From assembly GCA_016748015.1 (NCBI GenBank), contig JAAOMT010000591.1, forward strand, positions 791,050-855,049: a stretch of 64,000 bases of DNA, read 5' to 3'. The translations under genes and the position numbers were made by a program. The notes beneath the pieces were generated by a model. The model saw only the letters and a list, made by a program, of their open reading frames with translations, did no database searches and had not been told where the DNA came from. The DNA comes from Geosiphon pyriformis uo1 (Eukaryota; Fungi; Glomeromycota). This document shows, piece after piece, positions 35,517 to 46,645 of the stretch. How positions within the stretch are numbered: the first letter of the stretch is position 1; each line of letters opens with the position of its first letter.

Positions 35517-36899
35517 CTAACTTGAAATTTTCTTTTCAAAGTGTCTAAACACCAAATCATAATCGTCAAATTCGTACAAGATTCCATCCGCCTTATTGAA
35601 ATCCTCAATGTTACCGAATGAAGCTATTTTTCGTTTTTCATGTATGTCCTTTCCGCTGATAAATATTGTCACGGTAAATTTACTAGGCTGGAAAATGGAT
35701 ATTACCTTTTGAATCAAATTTGGGATGGTACTATGGGTTTCGGGAATATTAGTCTCGAATGACGCGTAAGAGCATAACGGTTCAGGTGTCACATGCACAT
35801 TGAAATAATTATCTTGAAATAAACCATTCGCGGAGTATCCGCAAGGTCCAAAGAGGTAAGAGTCTAATTGTGCGTCTGGATATAACATACTTAATCCTGA
35901 AAGTTTCTCAACTCGGGAACCACCTTCTGTACCAGATTCGCCTTCTGAAGGCACGTGATAAAACTTTTCAGCAGCTTTTCGATCTAAATTTGTCATCAAG
36001 ATTTCGATCGTCTGATCTTCGATATCTATTACTGAAGAAAATCCTGCTTCGTTTTTGCGTGGTGAAGTAAGATACAGGTTCCAATGGTCTGCGTTAATTT
36101 TTCCAACAGTATAAGCAGCGCCATTTTCTGTAAATTCAATTTAATTTTTTAAAGCCTCATAAATTTGGAAAGGTTTTCTTGATTATTTTATTCACATACC
36201 GAATAAATGATCCAAAAAAGCCACTTCATCTTTCCAATCTTTATGTGGATGTAATTGTTGATCGGGGAACATGAAGCTCTTTCGTGAATAAAAAACTCTC
36301 CACACTTTCTTGAATTGACAATATTCAGAAGCTATTTCTAAAAGACGTGGTAATGCGACTAAAAGGGTGGTTGTCCCGCATGTTTTTAGGATTAATTTAT
36401 GGGGATACACAAACATCGAGGATTCGCTATGGGGAGGGGGGGAGGAGGCAAGTAAATATTTAACATTTTACAGTGCATAAGATTACGTTATTAGAGCGTT
36501 AGAAAGAATGTTAACGTAAGCTTTTCACTGAGAAAGCTATGCAAATTATAAAGATATCTCCTTTTACTATCCCTCGCCTTTAGAAATCAAAATATTTTTT
36601 CACCTTAACAAATAAGCATCCACATGGCAATTTTCTATGGAGGTCAAAATTTTACATTTTACAAGACGAAGCAGATCCTCCCACACTGATTTATCTATTT
36701 TTCGCAATCCTGTCCTTTGATCTTTATTACCACCATCAGGGGCTTCCTCTATATTCGAAATTGATGATAAATCGGGTGACGGGCCAAACCAAATTTCTAA
36801 CAATTTCTCAGGTCCCTCAAAAGCTCCGCAATCGGAATTTGAATTTTTTGTTTTCTGATTTTGAACAGAAACTGTCAATAAAAAATCTTCAACGCTCAT
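35517..36899 (-). CDS. SPE2: S-adenosylmethionine decarboxylase proenzyme
   Basis: [13 protein letters not shown]; YLLSESSMFV (pyruvoyl self-cleavage site); LKTCGTT; PCGYSANG; [13 protein letters not shown]. Exons 36899-36604, 36426-36200, 36127-35517. Confidence 0.96.
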
Positions 36900-37103
36900 G
36901 ATGTGAGGAGATTTCTTGAATATTCAAAAATTTGAAGTCGGCGAAGTAAGGGTAAATTTTTAAGATTTTAACACAACAGTGATATTCCAAATTCACCACG
37001 AATAAATCGGGAAATTAACGGCTACACAGTTTTCAAATTTTTTGACCATCTATTTTAAAACACTTCAAAATTCACACACTCGATCGTGCATGCACTCAAA
37101 GAA

Positions 37104-39293
37104 ATGCTGAAATTTGTAAAAAATCTGTTTTCAGCCTCTTTAAAACAAAAACATTTTAAAATATCGTTGAAAGGACCTTTGGAAGCCTCAAATGGGCTCA
37201 TTATTTTCTCAACACGCGACAATTACATTGGACAGAACTCCCATGTTCGCTTAAAACTTTGTGCTCCGACGCGTTCAGTCCATACCATTCAACATGAAAC
37301 ACACACCATTTTAGACAAAACAGAATCTACTAGCGAAAATTGCCTCGTTAAAGCTTTTGTCACGTCCATAAACAAACCCACAGATACGCATATTGCACAG
37401 TCTTACCAGGCCCTCAGTCTAAAGGGAAAGCAGAGTTTGAAACGACCGGATTTTAATCTGGCATTGAGGCGATTACGGAAAACTAATGAACCAAAAGATC
37501 TTGAAATCGCACATCTTATGGTAGAAGATATGCAGAAGTTAGGCATGAAAATAACCCTTTTCGAGTATAACACTCTTATAGGAATTAATGGTCAACAGGG
37601 CAAGGCATCGAATGCTTGGCAAATCTATGAAACGATGATGAAAGATGGAACCAAACCTGATCTCGAAACTTTTAATTTTTTAATGGATGCTTATAAACGA
37701 AGTCGTGATTTCGAAGGAGGATTTAAAGTATGGGAGGAGATGCGTAAGATCGGAATCAAGCCGGATTTGTTCACATTTAATTCTTTAATTGCTTTACAAT
37801 GTTGGAATGATTTAGACATTGCTGCTAAACTATATGAAGAAATGCAAGCTATAGGCATCAGTCCAGATGCTTACACTTTAATGCCATTGCTCAAAGGATT
37901 TCTTCACTCTGGCAGAGAAAAAAAAGTAGAATCGACATACAACGAATTAATAAAAATTGGGGCACGGATGACTGATATTGAATGGAAAGGTTTGATTCAA
38001 TTATATATTTCTCATCGTCGATATGAACAAGCATCGAAAATACATAAAGCTATTTTGGATTTAAACATTTCGCCTGGCATCTCTACTTATAACGCATTGA
38101 TTGACGCTTGTTTCAAGATCGGGAATTTATCAGAGGGACTGTTTATGCTTGAAAGAATGTCTAGCTTAGGTTTGAAACCAAATAAAGAGACGTATTGTAA
38201 TATAATTCATGGTTTAGCAGAAGTGCACGATATCGATTTGGCATTAGGGCTAATTGCTAGAATGAACAAGGAAGGAATCAAGATGACGGATAGTGATTAT
38301 GTGAACTTTTTCCTGAAAGTTTGTCAAAATTCGAGGAAAGAAGACTTACCAAAAGTTTATGAAATCTTTCAAGGAATGAAAAGCAAAGGACATGAGCCGG
38401 ACCCTTTGATATATAATGGACTTTTGGAAGCCCACCTCGTTTCCGGTGATCATGAAGGAATACTCCAGGTGTTTGAAAAAATGATCTACGATGGTATTTC
38501 ACCTGACAGCACCACCTATCTTCACCTCATTAGATCGCGTATTCAAGCTCAAAGAGTTCAAGACGCTCTCAATTTTTATGGACAAATGATAGAACGGAAT
38601 ATTTCAATGAATATTGATGTCTATGATAATCTTTTCTACATTTTCGCAGGCTGCTTTCAAATGGCGGCAGCAGCAAAAATTTTTGAAGACATGAGACGGG
38701 CAGGAGTACGAGCTGATGGTTTCACATATAGTATCCTAATTACGGGTTATTCAGCCGTGGGAGATTGGTTTAATGTGCGTAATGTTCACAATCTCTTGAA
38801 GGTAGATTATAGTCTTGACCTTGACATGCCACTTGTCAATTCAATTATGAGTGCTTACAATATCGTGGGTGATGGGAATGAGGTATTGGTTATATGGGAT
38901 TCGCTTTGGCTCACTGAACAGCCAATTAACGATATCACAGTGAGTGTGGTATTAGATGCATGTGGATATTATAATTTCAAGGATCGTCTCGATGAAATTT
39001 GGCAAGATCTTAAATCACGAAAATTTGAATTGAGCCGTTCAAATTACGACTCATATATTGAAGCATTAGCTCGACATGGTCGGTTCGATGATGCCAAAAA
39101 AATCTTAATGATTGAGATGCCACGTGATAATATAAAGCCCGGAACGAAAAGTTTACGTGCATTGCTCAGTTTCCTGCATCATGAGAATCGCAAGGAGGAC
39201 GAATATGTAGTCATTGAGTGGGTAAGGGAGAAATATCCCGAATTGGCTCAAGAGATGAGGCATTCAAAGTTGCTGGAAGAAAACGATGATTAA
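37104..39293 (+). CDS. Pentatricopeptide-repeat protein, probably mitochondrial; intronless
   Basis: Tandem ~35-aa PPR units (PDLETFNFLMDAY, PDLFTFNSLI, PGISTYNALIDAC, PDSTTY); first ATG at 37104. Confidence 0.92.
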   Translation: MLKFVKNLFSASLKQKHFKISLKGPLEASNGLIIFSTRDNYIGQNSHVRLKLCAPTRSVHTIQHETHTILDKTESTSENCLVKAFVTSINKPTDTHIAQSYQALSLKGKQSLKRPDFNLALRRLRKTNEPKDLEIAHLMVEDMQKLGMKITLFEYNTLIGINGQQGKASNAWQIYETMMKDGTKPDLETFNFLMDAYKRSRDFEGGFKVWEEMRKIGIKPDLFTFNSLIALQCWNDLDIAAKLYEEMQAIGISPDAYTLMPLLKGFLHSGREKKVESTYNELIKIGARMTDIEWKGLIQLYISHRRYEQASKIHKAILDLNISPGISTYNALIDACFKIGNLSEGLFMLERMSSLGLKPNKETYCNIIHGLAEVHDIDLALGLIARMNKEGIKMTDSDYVNFFLKVCQNSRKEDLPKVYEIFQGMKSKGHEPDPLIYNGLLEAHLVSGDHEGILQVFEKMIYDGISPDSTTYLHLIRSRIQAQRVQDALNFYGQMIERNISMNIDVYDNLFYIFAGCFQMAAAAKIFEDMRRAGVRADGFTYSILITGYSAVGDWFNVRNVHNLLKVDYSLDLDMPLVNSIMSAYNIVGDGNEVLVIWDSLWLTEQPINDITVSVVLDACGYYNFKDRLDEIWQDLKSRKFELSRSNYDSYIEALARHGRFDDAKKILMIEMPRDNIKPGTKSLRALLSFLHHENRKEDEYVVIEWVREKYPELAQEMRHSKLLEENDD

Positions 39294-39848
39294 GAACAAA
39301 AACCTTTTAATGTGATATTTTTGCGTTAGACAATGTGAAAACTGAGAAAGAGACCAATGATTCGAGTTGTAATTGTATATTATTTAATACTCTGCATTGT
39401 ATATACAAACCTTGAGAAAACTCGACTTTTTAAAGAAACAATATATATCATAGTCCAGGGATATTTGTGGTAGTATTAAGCGTTTTGCCTAGAAATGAAA
39501 CATTCTGGACTCAAATAAAAATTGATTTTTAATTTGTTTTTTTAAGTAAATGAAATTTTTATAAATATCATTTTACATAGATTAATTATTAAATTTGTTA
39601 AATACTTCAAATATTTAAATTGTTATTGACAAATTAAATATTAAAGTTTAAAAATTATTATACATATACTTATATTTAATTATTTAATTATTATTTTGTA
39701 TTAATTAATTTATTAAAAAACCAAAATATATTTAACATTAAATAATAATAAAAAGTATACTCAAAATAATGAAACTAAAAATCATTATAAATCCAATCTT
39801 AACTATGTTTTGTCAAATATTAATTCAACAAAATATACATTATTAGAT

Positions 39849-41788
39849 ATGTCACTTCGAAGACTTTTATTTGCCTTTCGAACATATGACTCAAACTGGA
39901 CGCCGTTTCGGCAAACCTTGACTCAGACAACTTTTTCTAGGAGGGTATTATTGACACAATATCAAGGAGTTAATTGTTTCAAAGTAGAAAAACTTGCTAT
40001 AAGACTGTTTGTTTCCCAAAAAAATCCTCAAAAAGACCCTTCGGTTTTTAAAAACCCTTCCGCTACAAATGCTGTTCCGACACACCCGACTGAAAAATAC
40101 GCTGAAACTTCCCCAGTTTATTCCTCGTGGATTGATCAGAAACTCCCAGCCAATTTCGTTCCTTATGCTAAACTTGCACGTCTTGATCGACCCATTGGTA
40201 CTTGGTTACTTTACATTCCTTGTAGTAAGTTTCCAAGTTTGGGTAATTTCATCTGGCTTCGATCGTACTTGGAGAATTTCCTTGGGTCAAATTCTAGAAT
40301 AGAGCTTCAAGGGATTATTAGTATCCAAATTTAATTTAGAGAAAAATTCTTCCAAGCCGATTGAGTTTCAGGTGAGATATGTATATCAAATTTTTAAAAT
40401 TCCGAATGGCCATTATTATGATCAGAACTCTGATTTTTTTTAGCATGGAGCATATCAATGGCTGCCTATAACGCACACCTTCCTGTTACTGAAACAGCAT
40501 TCATGCTAGCACTATTTGGTATTGGTTCGTTTGTAATGAGGGGTGCTGGCTGTACCATTAATGATATGTGGGACTATCGTATCGATAAAATGGTAGAACG
40601 TACCCGTACGCGACCTCTTGCGTCTGGAGAAATCAGTCAGTTTAAAGCATTATGTTTTTTGGGCGTCCAACTTTCGGCTGGTTTAGCAGTTTTGACACAA
40701 TTGAATTTGTACAGGTTAGTGTGAAATCCTTGTATTAGAATTGTAAGATTATTTTTTTAATCTGAGCTATCTAAGTGTCAAAGGATTATTGATAAAAAGG
40801 AGTGGCATTCAGGGGATAGGGATCTTTGTATATAAAATATCTGGAAAACTTTACACTTCCATATCTCGAATTATTGACATTTTATTATTTCTAGGGTCAC
40901 GATTTATCTTTAATTTTCCAAACGGAGTGAAATTTGTATTCTTTAATATTAGCCGCAGTTTTATTGAGATATTTAACTGTATTTGGGGAAAAATTATAAA
41001 ATCTGACTATCTCAGGTTCACTCAGGTTTTGGGATAAAGGGGTAATTAGAAAAAGTCGGACGGATGAATTGATTCTAACTAATAATTTTCTGGATTGTTA
41101 TATAAAGTATATTGTTGGGAGCAGCATCATTAAGTTTCGTTACTATTTATCCATACATGAAACGCGTCACATATTGGCCTCAACTTTTTCTTGGTAAGTG
41201 GTCAATCGAAATATTGCATTATCTAAATTCTTCTCACACTAGCCCAACAAAATTTGTAGGGTTTGCCTTTAATTGGGGTGCTCTTTTGGGATGGCCAGCA
41301 ATGTTAGGAAGCAGTGATTGGTCTGTCACATTACCATTATATGCAAGTGGTGTGTGCTGGACGTTGGTATATGATACAATCTACGCCCATCAGGTAAAAT
41401 TTGAATTTACATAATTATCTATTATTTCTCATATAACCATAAAGTTTCCTTATTTCATGAGCAGGATAAATCGTTTGACCTAAAAGTGGGCGTGAAATCA
41501 ACAGCGCTATTGTTTGATAGTCATACCCGAGAATGGTTGACCTTTTTCTCGGGATCAATGATTTCCTTTGTCGCATTGGCTGGTTATGCTAACGGTCAAG
41601 GAATTCCGTTTTATTTAATATCTGTACTTGGGGCTGGTACCCATTTTGCTTGGCAATTACGTACTACCAATTTCGATGATATTACTGATTGCGGGAAAAA
41701 GTTTCGTAGTAATAAGTGGACTGGTGGGTTGGTTTTCTTGGGAATTGTGATAGATTCCAGTTGCAGGAATCTGGACCTGGTTTTTTGA
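39849..41788 (+). CDS. COQ2: 4-hydroxybenzoate polyprenyltransferase
   Basis: [52 protein letters not shown]. Exons 39849-40224, 40444-40714, 41108-41193, 41260-41393, 41465-41788. Confidence 0.96.
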
Positions 41789-42471
41789 TTATTAAAATAT
41801 CTAGGATTTTGTCTTAGATTTAACGTAAAATGATTATCATACTCTCTTGAATGAGAATAAATAAAACTTTACTGATTTTCTTGGAATGAAGGCTAATTGA
41901 ATTATTCAACATTCAATGAGAAATAATATTCAACCCTAAATTTAGGTATGCTCTATAATGAACGAAATAAATAAGAGGGGTTGTTGCATATTCTTAGAAA
42001 GAAAAAACTCAAAAGACCTAGGGTCATTCAATTTTAACATTTTAATTTTTCTGTTTTTGAGGTGACATTTATAAACCACGTTATTTGGTGGAATCAAAGC
42101 TCCAAATATTACATGGCTTTCATTGATCTGGATCACGAGCCGCAACATCCAAGTGTCGACATCACTGGTGACAAAGAGTCCAGACGATGAGTCCAAGTTT
42201 GCAGTTAAGCGTCGAACGAAGACTTCACTGGTGATGGCAGCAAACGAAGAATTCATCATTGTTGAACTAAGCTCTTGACTCCCGTTCTACTAATCATACA
42301 ATCCAAATGTCAAGTATTTCTTTTATACGTTCCACCTTTTGAAGATCCATTTTTATGGAATCAAATATTTTTCAGACCCTTTTCGCATGATAATATACTA
42401 AATTATTGTATGTCCAATCTTTAAATGCGGTGGTGTGGTAACTAGACCTAAATTGTCAAGTTGTTGAACAG

Positions 42472-42477
42472 ACGCGT
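42472..42477. promoter_or_regulatory. MCB-like ACGCGT upstream of HAUS5
   Basis: ACGCGT about 75 bp upstream of the ATG; see finding. Confidence 0.4.
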
Positions 42478-42551
42478 GACGTGATCATAATATTTATTAT
42501 TACTTGCGTTGGAAGATGTTCGATACTCAATATTTCTAATTTTGTAAAAAA

Positions 42552-45500
42552 ATGCAGAATCCCGACAATTTTTTCTCGCACAGTTTAAGATATAAGTCGA
42601 TTTACTCAAAAGAGAAACAACAACAAAGTGATCCAGCTGCACTCTCGGAGAATGTTTTTCGTTGGCTCACTCTTGAGCTTGGATATCAACGAGGGAGAGC
42701 CTCGGTGGTTTTGGAAGACGCAAATGTGTTTGATCTCAAAACAGACATTCAGAAGTATGATAAATCAAATATTGAGGAATTTATTATCTGCACCATCTTA
42801 CATAGATTTATTTCTTTTCAGAGTTTGCAAGAGAGAGTTGGTTCCTGTATTCAAATTTCTGATGGAACGTGTTAAATCATCAAAGTAAATTCAAAAGAAT
42901 GTTTGTGACCTTTGTTAATTCGATCAGATTAACACATATACTATTTCAGAGAAGTAGCTGATCTAAGGAGAGCGCAAATGAAGTGAGCCTAAAATTATTC
43001 CTTGATTAGCTTTTTACTTCATTTAATTTAATTTGTTCATCTATGAAACTTGGCAAGCAAGCGACATCAAATAGACTTTAACCAAACCCCAAAACCTAAC
43101 CGAAATACGCCCTTAGCGTCATCCACAGCTTCTATGCACGTAGAAGAAAATCCTATAATTAAAAAAGCTAAACTTGAGAAAAAATTAACCCATATTACTG
43201 AAAATGTCAACCGAGAAGAAGAAGAAATTGAATTATTAATAGCAAAGATGGCAGATATTGGTATTGAAATGCTTGATGATTTGTTTTCAAGTATTTATTT
43301 TATCCTAATTCTTTAACATTTCCTCCCAATCAATCATTCAAGAATTTCAAATCAAGCGCGCTCAAAATCAGATTCGAGAGAAAAAGACCAAAATGCACAT
43401 GAAAGAAGTATTTCGCGATTCCATTGAACGATTCAAAAATAGCGGACGAGATTATCAAGATCAGTTGGGTAGATTGAATGAACCCTTAGAAATTAGGAAT
43501 GAAATCAAGTAGGTGGTTTAAATCGAAAATGATAACCCGTAAAGGGTATGCAATTAGATTTCTATTACTTTACTAAATTTCAATCAAAGACCTGCATTTA
43601 CGGGTAACGAAACAACCTTGAAGGTAACTATATTTTAAATTTGTTACTCCCGCCCACTTGGACGAAAGCGTTTTTGAACTAATACCTCAACTAAATAAAC
43701 ACTTCTATCAAGGTTCGAAATACCTGTGAGAATATTAAAAAACTCGGAAGACATCTCATGAATAGGTAATGTTTTAATGGTTTGCCAAGTATATTATCTC
43801 TAACATCCACCAAATAGCATTTTTTTAGTAAAAATACACTCGACCCTAATTTCATAGTTGATATTAAGGTTTCTCTTGAGGTTGGTGGACTTACTAAAAT
43901 TTGTTCCAATGGATATGTCTCTGAATTTGAATCCCTAGTAAATTATCCTTGTCATTGATACCTGATTTCTTCAGGAACTGAAAAGAACGACTACCCCCAA
44001 AATTCTACTAAAATCAGTATCCAACAGTTTAAAATCAGATCTCAAAGAAATCAAGTATGTGTTCCTCATATCTTCCTTCATTTCTTGAAATGAAATTGAT
44101 CTAGTCGTCTAACTCTACAAACAGAATTCCCTCCGCCCAAAACCTTGATGAAGATTCTATAAAAGCTTCGGATGACAGAAGAAATATTGAAAAGCTGTTA
44201 TTAGTGAGTATATTTCCAGTGGCTAATTTATAAAATTCTGGTCAACATTTCTGAACTCGAATTTCTTTGACGGACTCATGACATAGCAATCTACAGATAA
44301 CCATGTCTTGAAGTTTATCGAAACCGAAAAAATTCTTAACGATATTGAGGTCCTAAGTCAAAAAATTAAAGAGGCCTTTCAGCAAGGGGAATCCTACATC
44401 AGCAACAATTATCAGCACATTCCTTCAATAGCGAACTACATCATGTAAGTCCAGAATTATTCCATTTTCCAACCCCTCAAATCTTCCTACAATAAGTCGC
44501 TATTATATTCTCTAGTACAGTCATAAAATCTAAAGCAGAGATGGAGGCCGCCAAAGCGAGTCTTTGTAAAATTAGATCCCTTGAAAATAACCTCAAGAAT
44601 GAATATGAAGAATCAACGAAAAACTATGATATTTTGTCAAGCTCCATCGAGCGAATAAAAACGTTAAATGAAGTTCTCGTAAGTAATTTCTAAATGACGC
44701 GCAAAGATTTTCAAGATAAAAAAAATAACGAGAATTCATGATTAAATAAAGGACGAGAAACAATATGAGTTTGAAAAGATAATACGCATCAACCAAAAAA
44801 CCCGAGCAAATATTACTCAGCAACAAATCGAGGTAATGTTAAAATCTATTCCAAATTTTGTCAAGTAATGATTTGCTTAGTGGGAGTGCATTTCTCTAAT
44901 ATTTAAATTTTCAATCATCCAGGTTGCTCAATTTGTCGAAAGATTATATCTTCACGCAACAAAAATTGAGGACTTAATTAAGTTTCTTGAAGGGTTCGCG
45001 CTGGAAGAAGTTAAATTGTTTCATCGGTTAGATTTGAGGGAGATGCTTCAAGTAAAAATCAACGGGTAAATAATTTTCATCTTTGAGTATTATTCCATGT
45101 TCTTTCTGTTGACACATTCTTACGTGTCTGTTTTGCAGCCGGCAATGCCTCGTTAGCTCCCTTGGTATTCATCGAGCATTAGATAATCCATTTTTACTCG
45201 ATTTGAAAAAACTACTCCACACCCCTATCTACATGGTGAGTCTTTAAGTAAGACAGCTTTGTTTAATTTTTTTCAATGTATCTTAGTGATATTAACACAC
45301 CTGATTTATTTATAGTCGGCAGAAAAATTTTTTATGAATATAATTGAAGCTAAAGCCCAAGGTTTCATTCAATTGATGACTGATTCTGTTCATTTTAATA
45401 AAAACAGAATTTTTTGTTAATTTCTTATATATATATAGGAATGGCTTATGAATTAGCTCATCGGCATTTTACTACAATTTCTCAACCTTTCCATCATGAT

Positions 45501-46045
45501 CTGCATAAGCATGGTAGGAAACCATTAACTTGTTAATGTCACACTATTGGCTCATTTATTTTATTAATCTATATTAATAATCTCTTAGTCCGACTTTGGT
45601 TGGCTGCTCTGTGCTTAGTAAAAGAGAATCGTGAAAAAAATCCATCATTTGCCATTACAGCAAATGATATGGAACGAGCTATAAAACGTATAATAGGTGA
45701 GGTGTTTCTCTTTTTAAATTTCTATGTACCCTGACAATCTCTCTCTCTTTACCCAGATTTGCTGGAGGAACAAGAAAAAAGCTTGCTAAGCACCGAGCAA
45801 AACAGGCTGGAGCAAGAGAATCATAAGGCAGAACTTGCCGAAACCATCTTGAATGAAATTCAAGGCATATTTCAAGAGAGGTGAGTTTTTCAGAAGATCA
45901 CTTTAAAATCTCTGCAATAATAAATTATGGATTATTTTTAAATTTTTAGAGATAGAATAATAAGTGGAAAAGTGGGCAACAGACTCATGATACATGGGAG
46001 ATCCTTCGCGGATTTAATAATTTGAAACAAGTGTTACCTCTGTGA
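42552..46045 (+). CDS. HAUS5: Multi-exon coiled-coil protein, probable augmin subunit HAUS5/AUG5
   Basis: Spliced N-terminus WLTLELGYQ...IQKVCKRELVPVFKFLMERVKS resembles AUG5/HAUS5 N-termini as I recall them ([28 protein letters not shown]). Many GT-AG introns; internal exon structure is approximate. Confidence 0.65.
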
Positions 46046-46174
46046 GCTATCAAAAATTCTTTTTTGTTCCATTTTTCACCTTAGGTGGGAAAACTTTAGC
46101 TTTTGTTGAAACATTGCTTCGCAATTCTCGATGCTGGTTTCGAGTTGTATATGGATAGTCTATATTGGTTTATC

Positions 46175-46216
46175 TTGAACTATTGGAAATTTATTTTGAA
46201 CTATTGGAAATTTATT
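46175..46216. repeat. 21-bp tandem duplication in the HAUS5/CHL1 3' intergenic region
   Basis: TTGAACTATTGGAAATTTATT x2. Confidence 0.85.
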
Positions 46217-46645
46217 CTTTTTTCAAAAAATATCGAACTTCACACAAATGGATTTATTTTTTTCCACAGGTTCATGGGCAATTGGCTTACTTTCCTGAAT
46301 TAGAAATCTTTGGCATAATTTGATAAAAATAAAGTTTTGTGAAAAATTTTGAATTAATGGCATAAAAAATTTTTTAGTCAATTTAGCATAATTATGGCCA
46401 TTTATGGTTTTTTTTAAAATGCCATTTTCAATTAAATAAACACAATTTATAATATAAAATATAATCTACATTAAATTTTTCAATACATAAACAAATGATA
46501 AAACATAATTAATATTTTATTGTAAGTTGATTTTTTTTAATTTATAACATTCTGTATTATATTAATTACAACTCTTATTTTTGAATATGAAAAAATATTT
46601 TAATATCTCGTAGCAGCAACCACAAAGAATACATCATTTAAATGA

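Noticed and set aside
36900-37030. uORF or polyamine-responsive element in the SPE2 5' leader
   Set aside because: No upstream ATG in the proximal leader and only short AT-rich palindromes.
41932-41939. AACCCTAA as a telomerase RNA template
   Set aside because: An 8-mer in AT-rich DNA with no convincing pseudoknot or CR4/5 element.
41942-42259. 105-aa minus-strand ORF as a gene
   Set aside because: No recognisable motif, and the C-terminal half runs into AT-rich low-complexity DNA. Left as an unexplained island.
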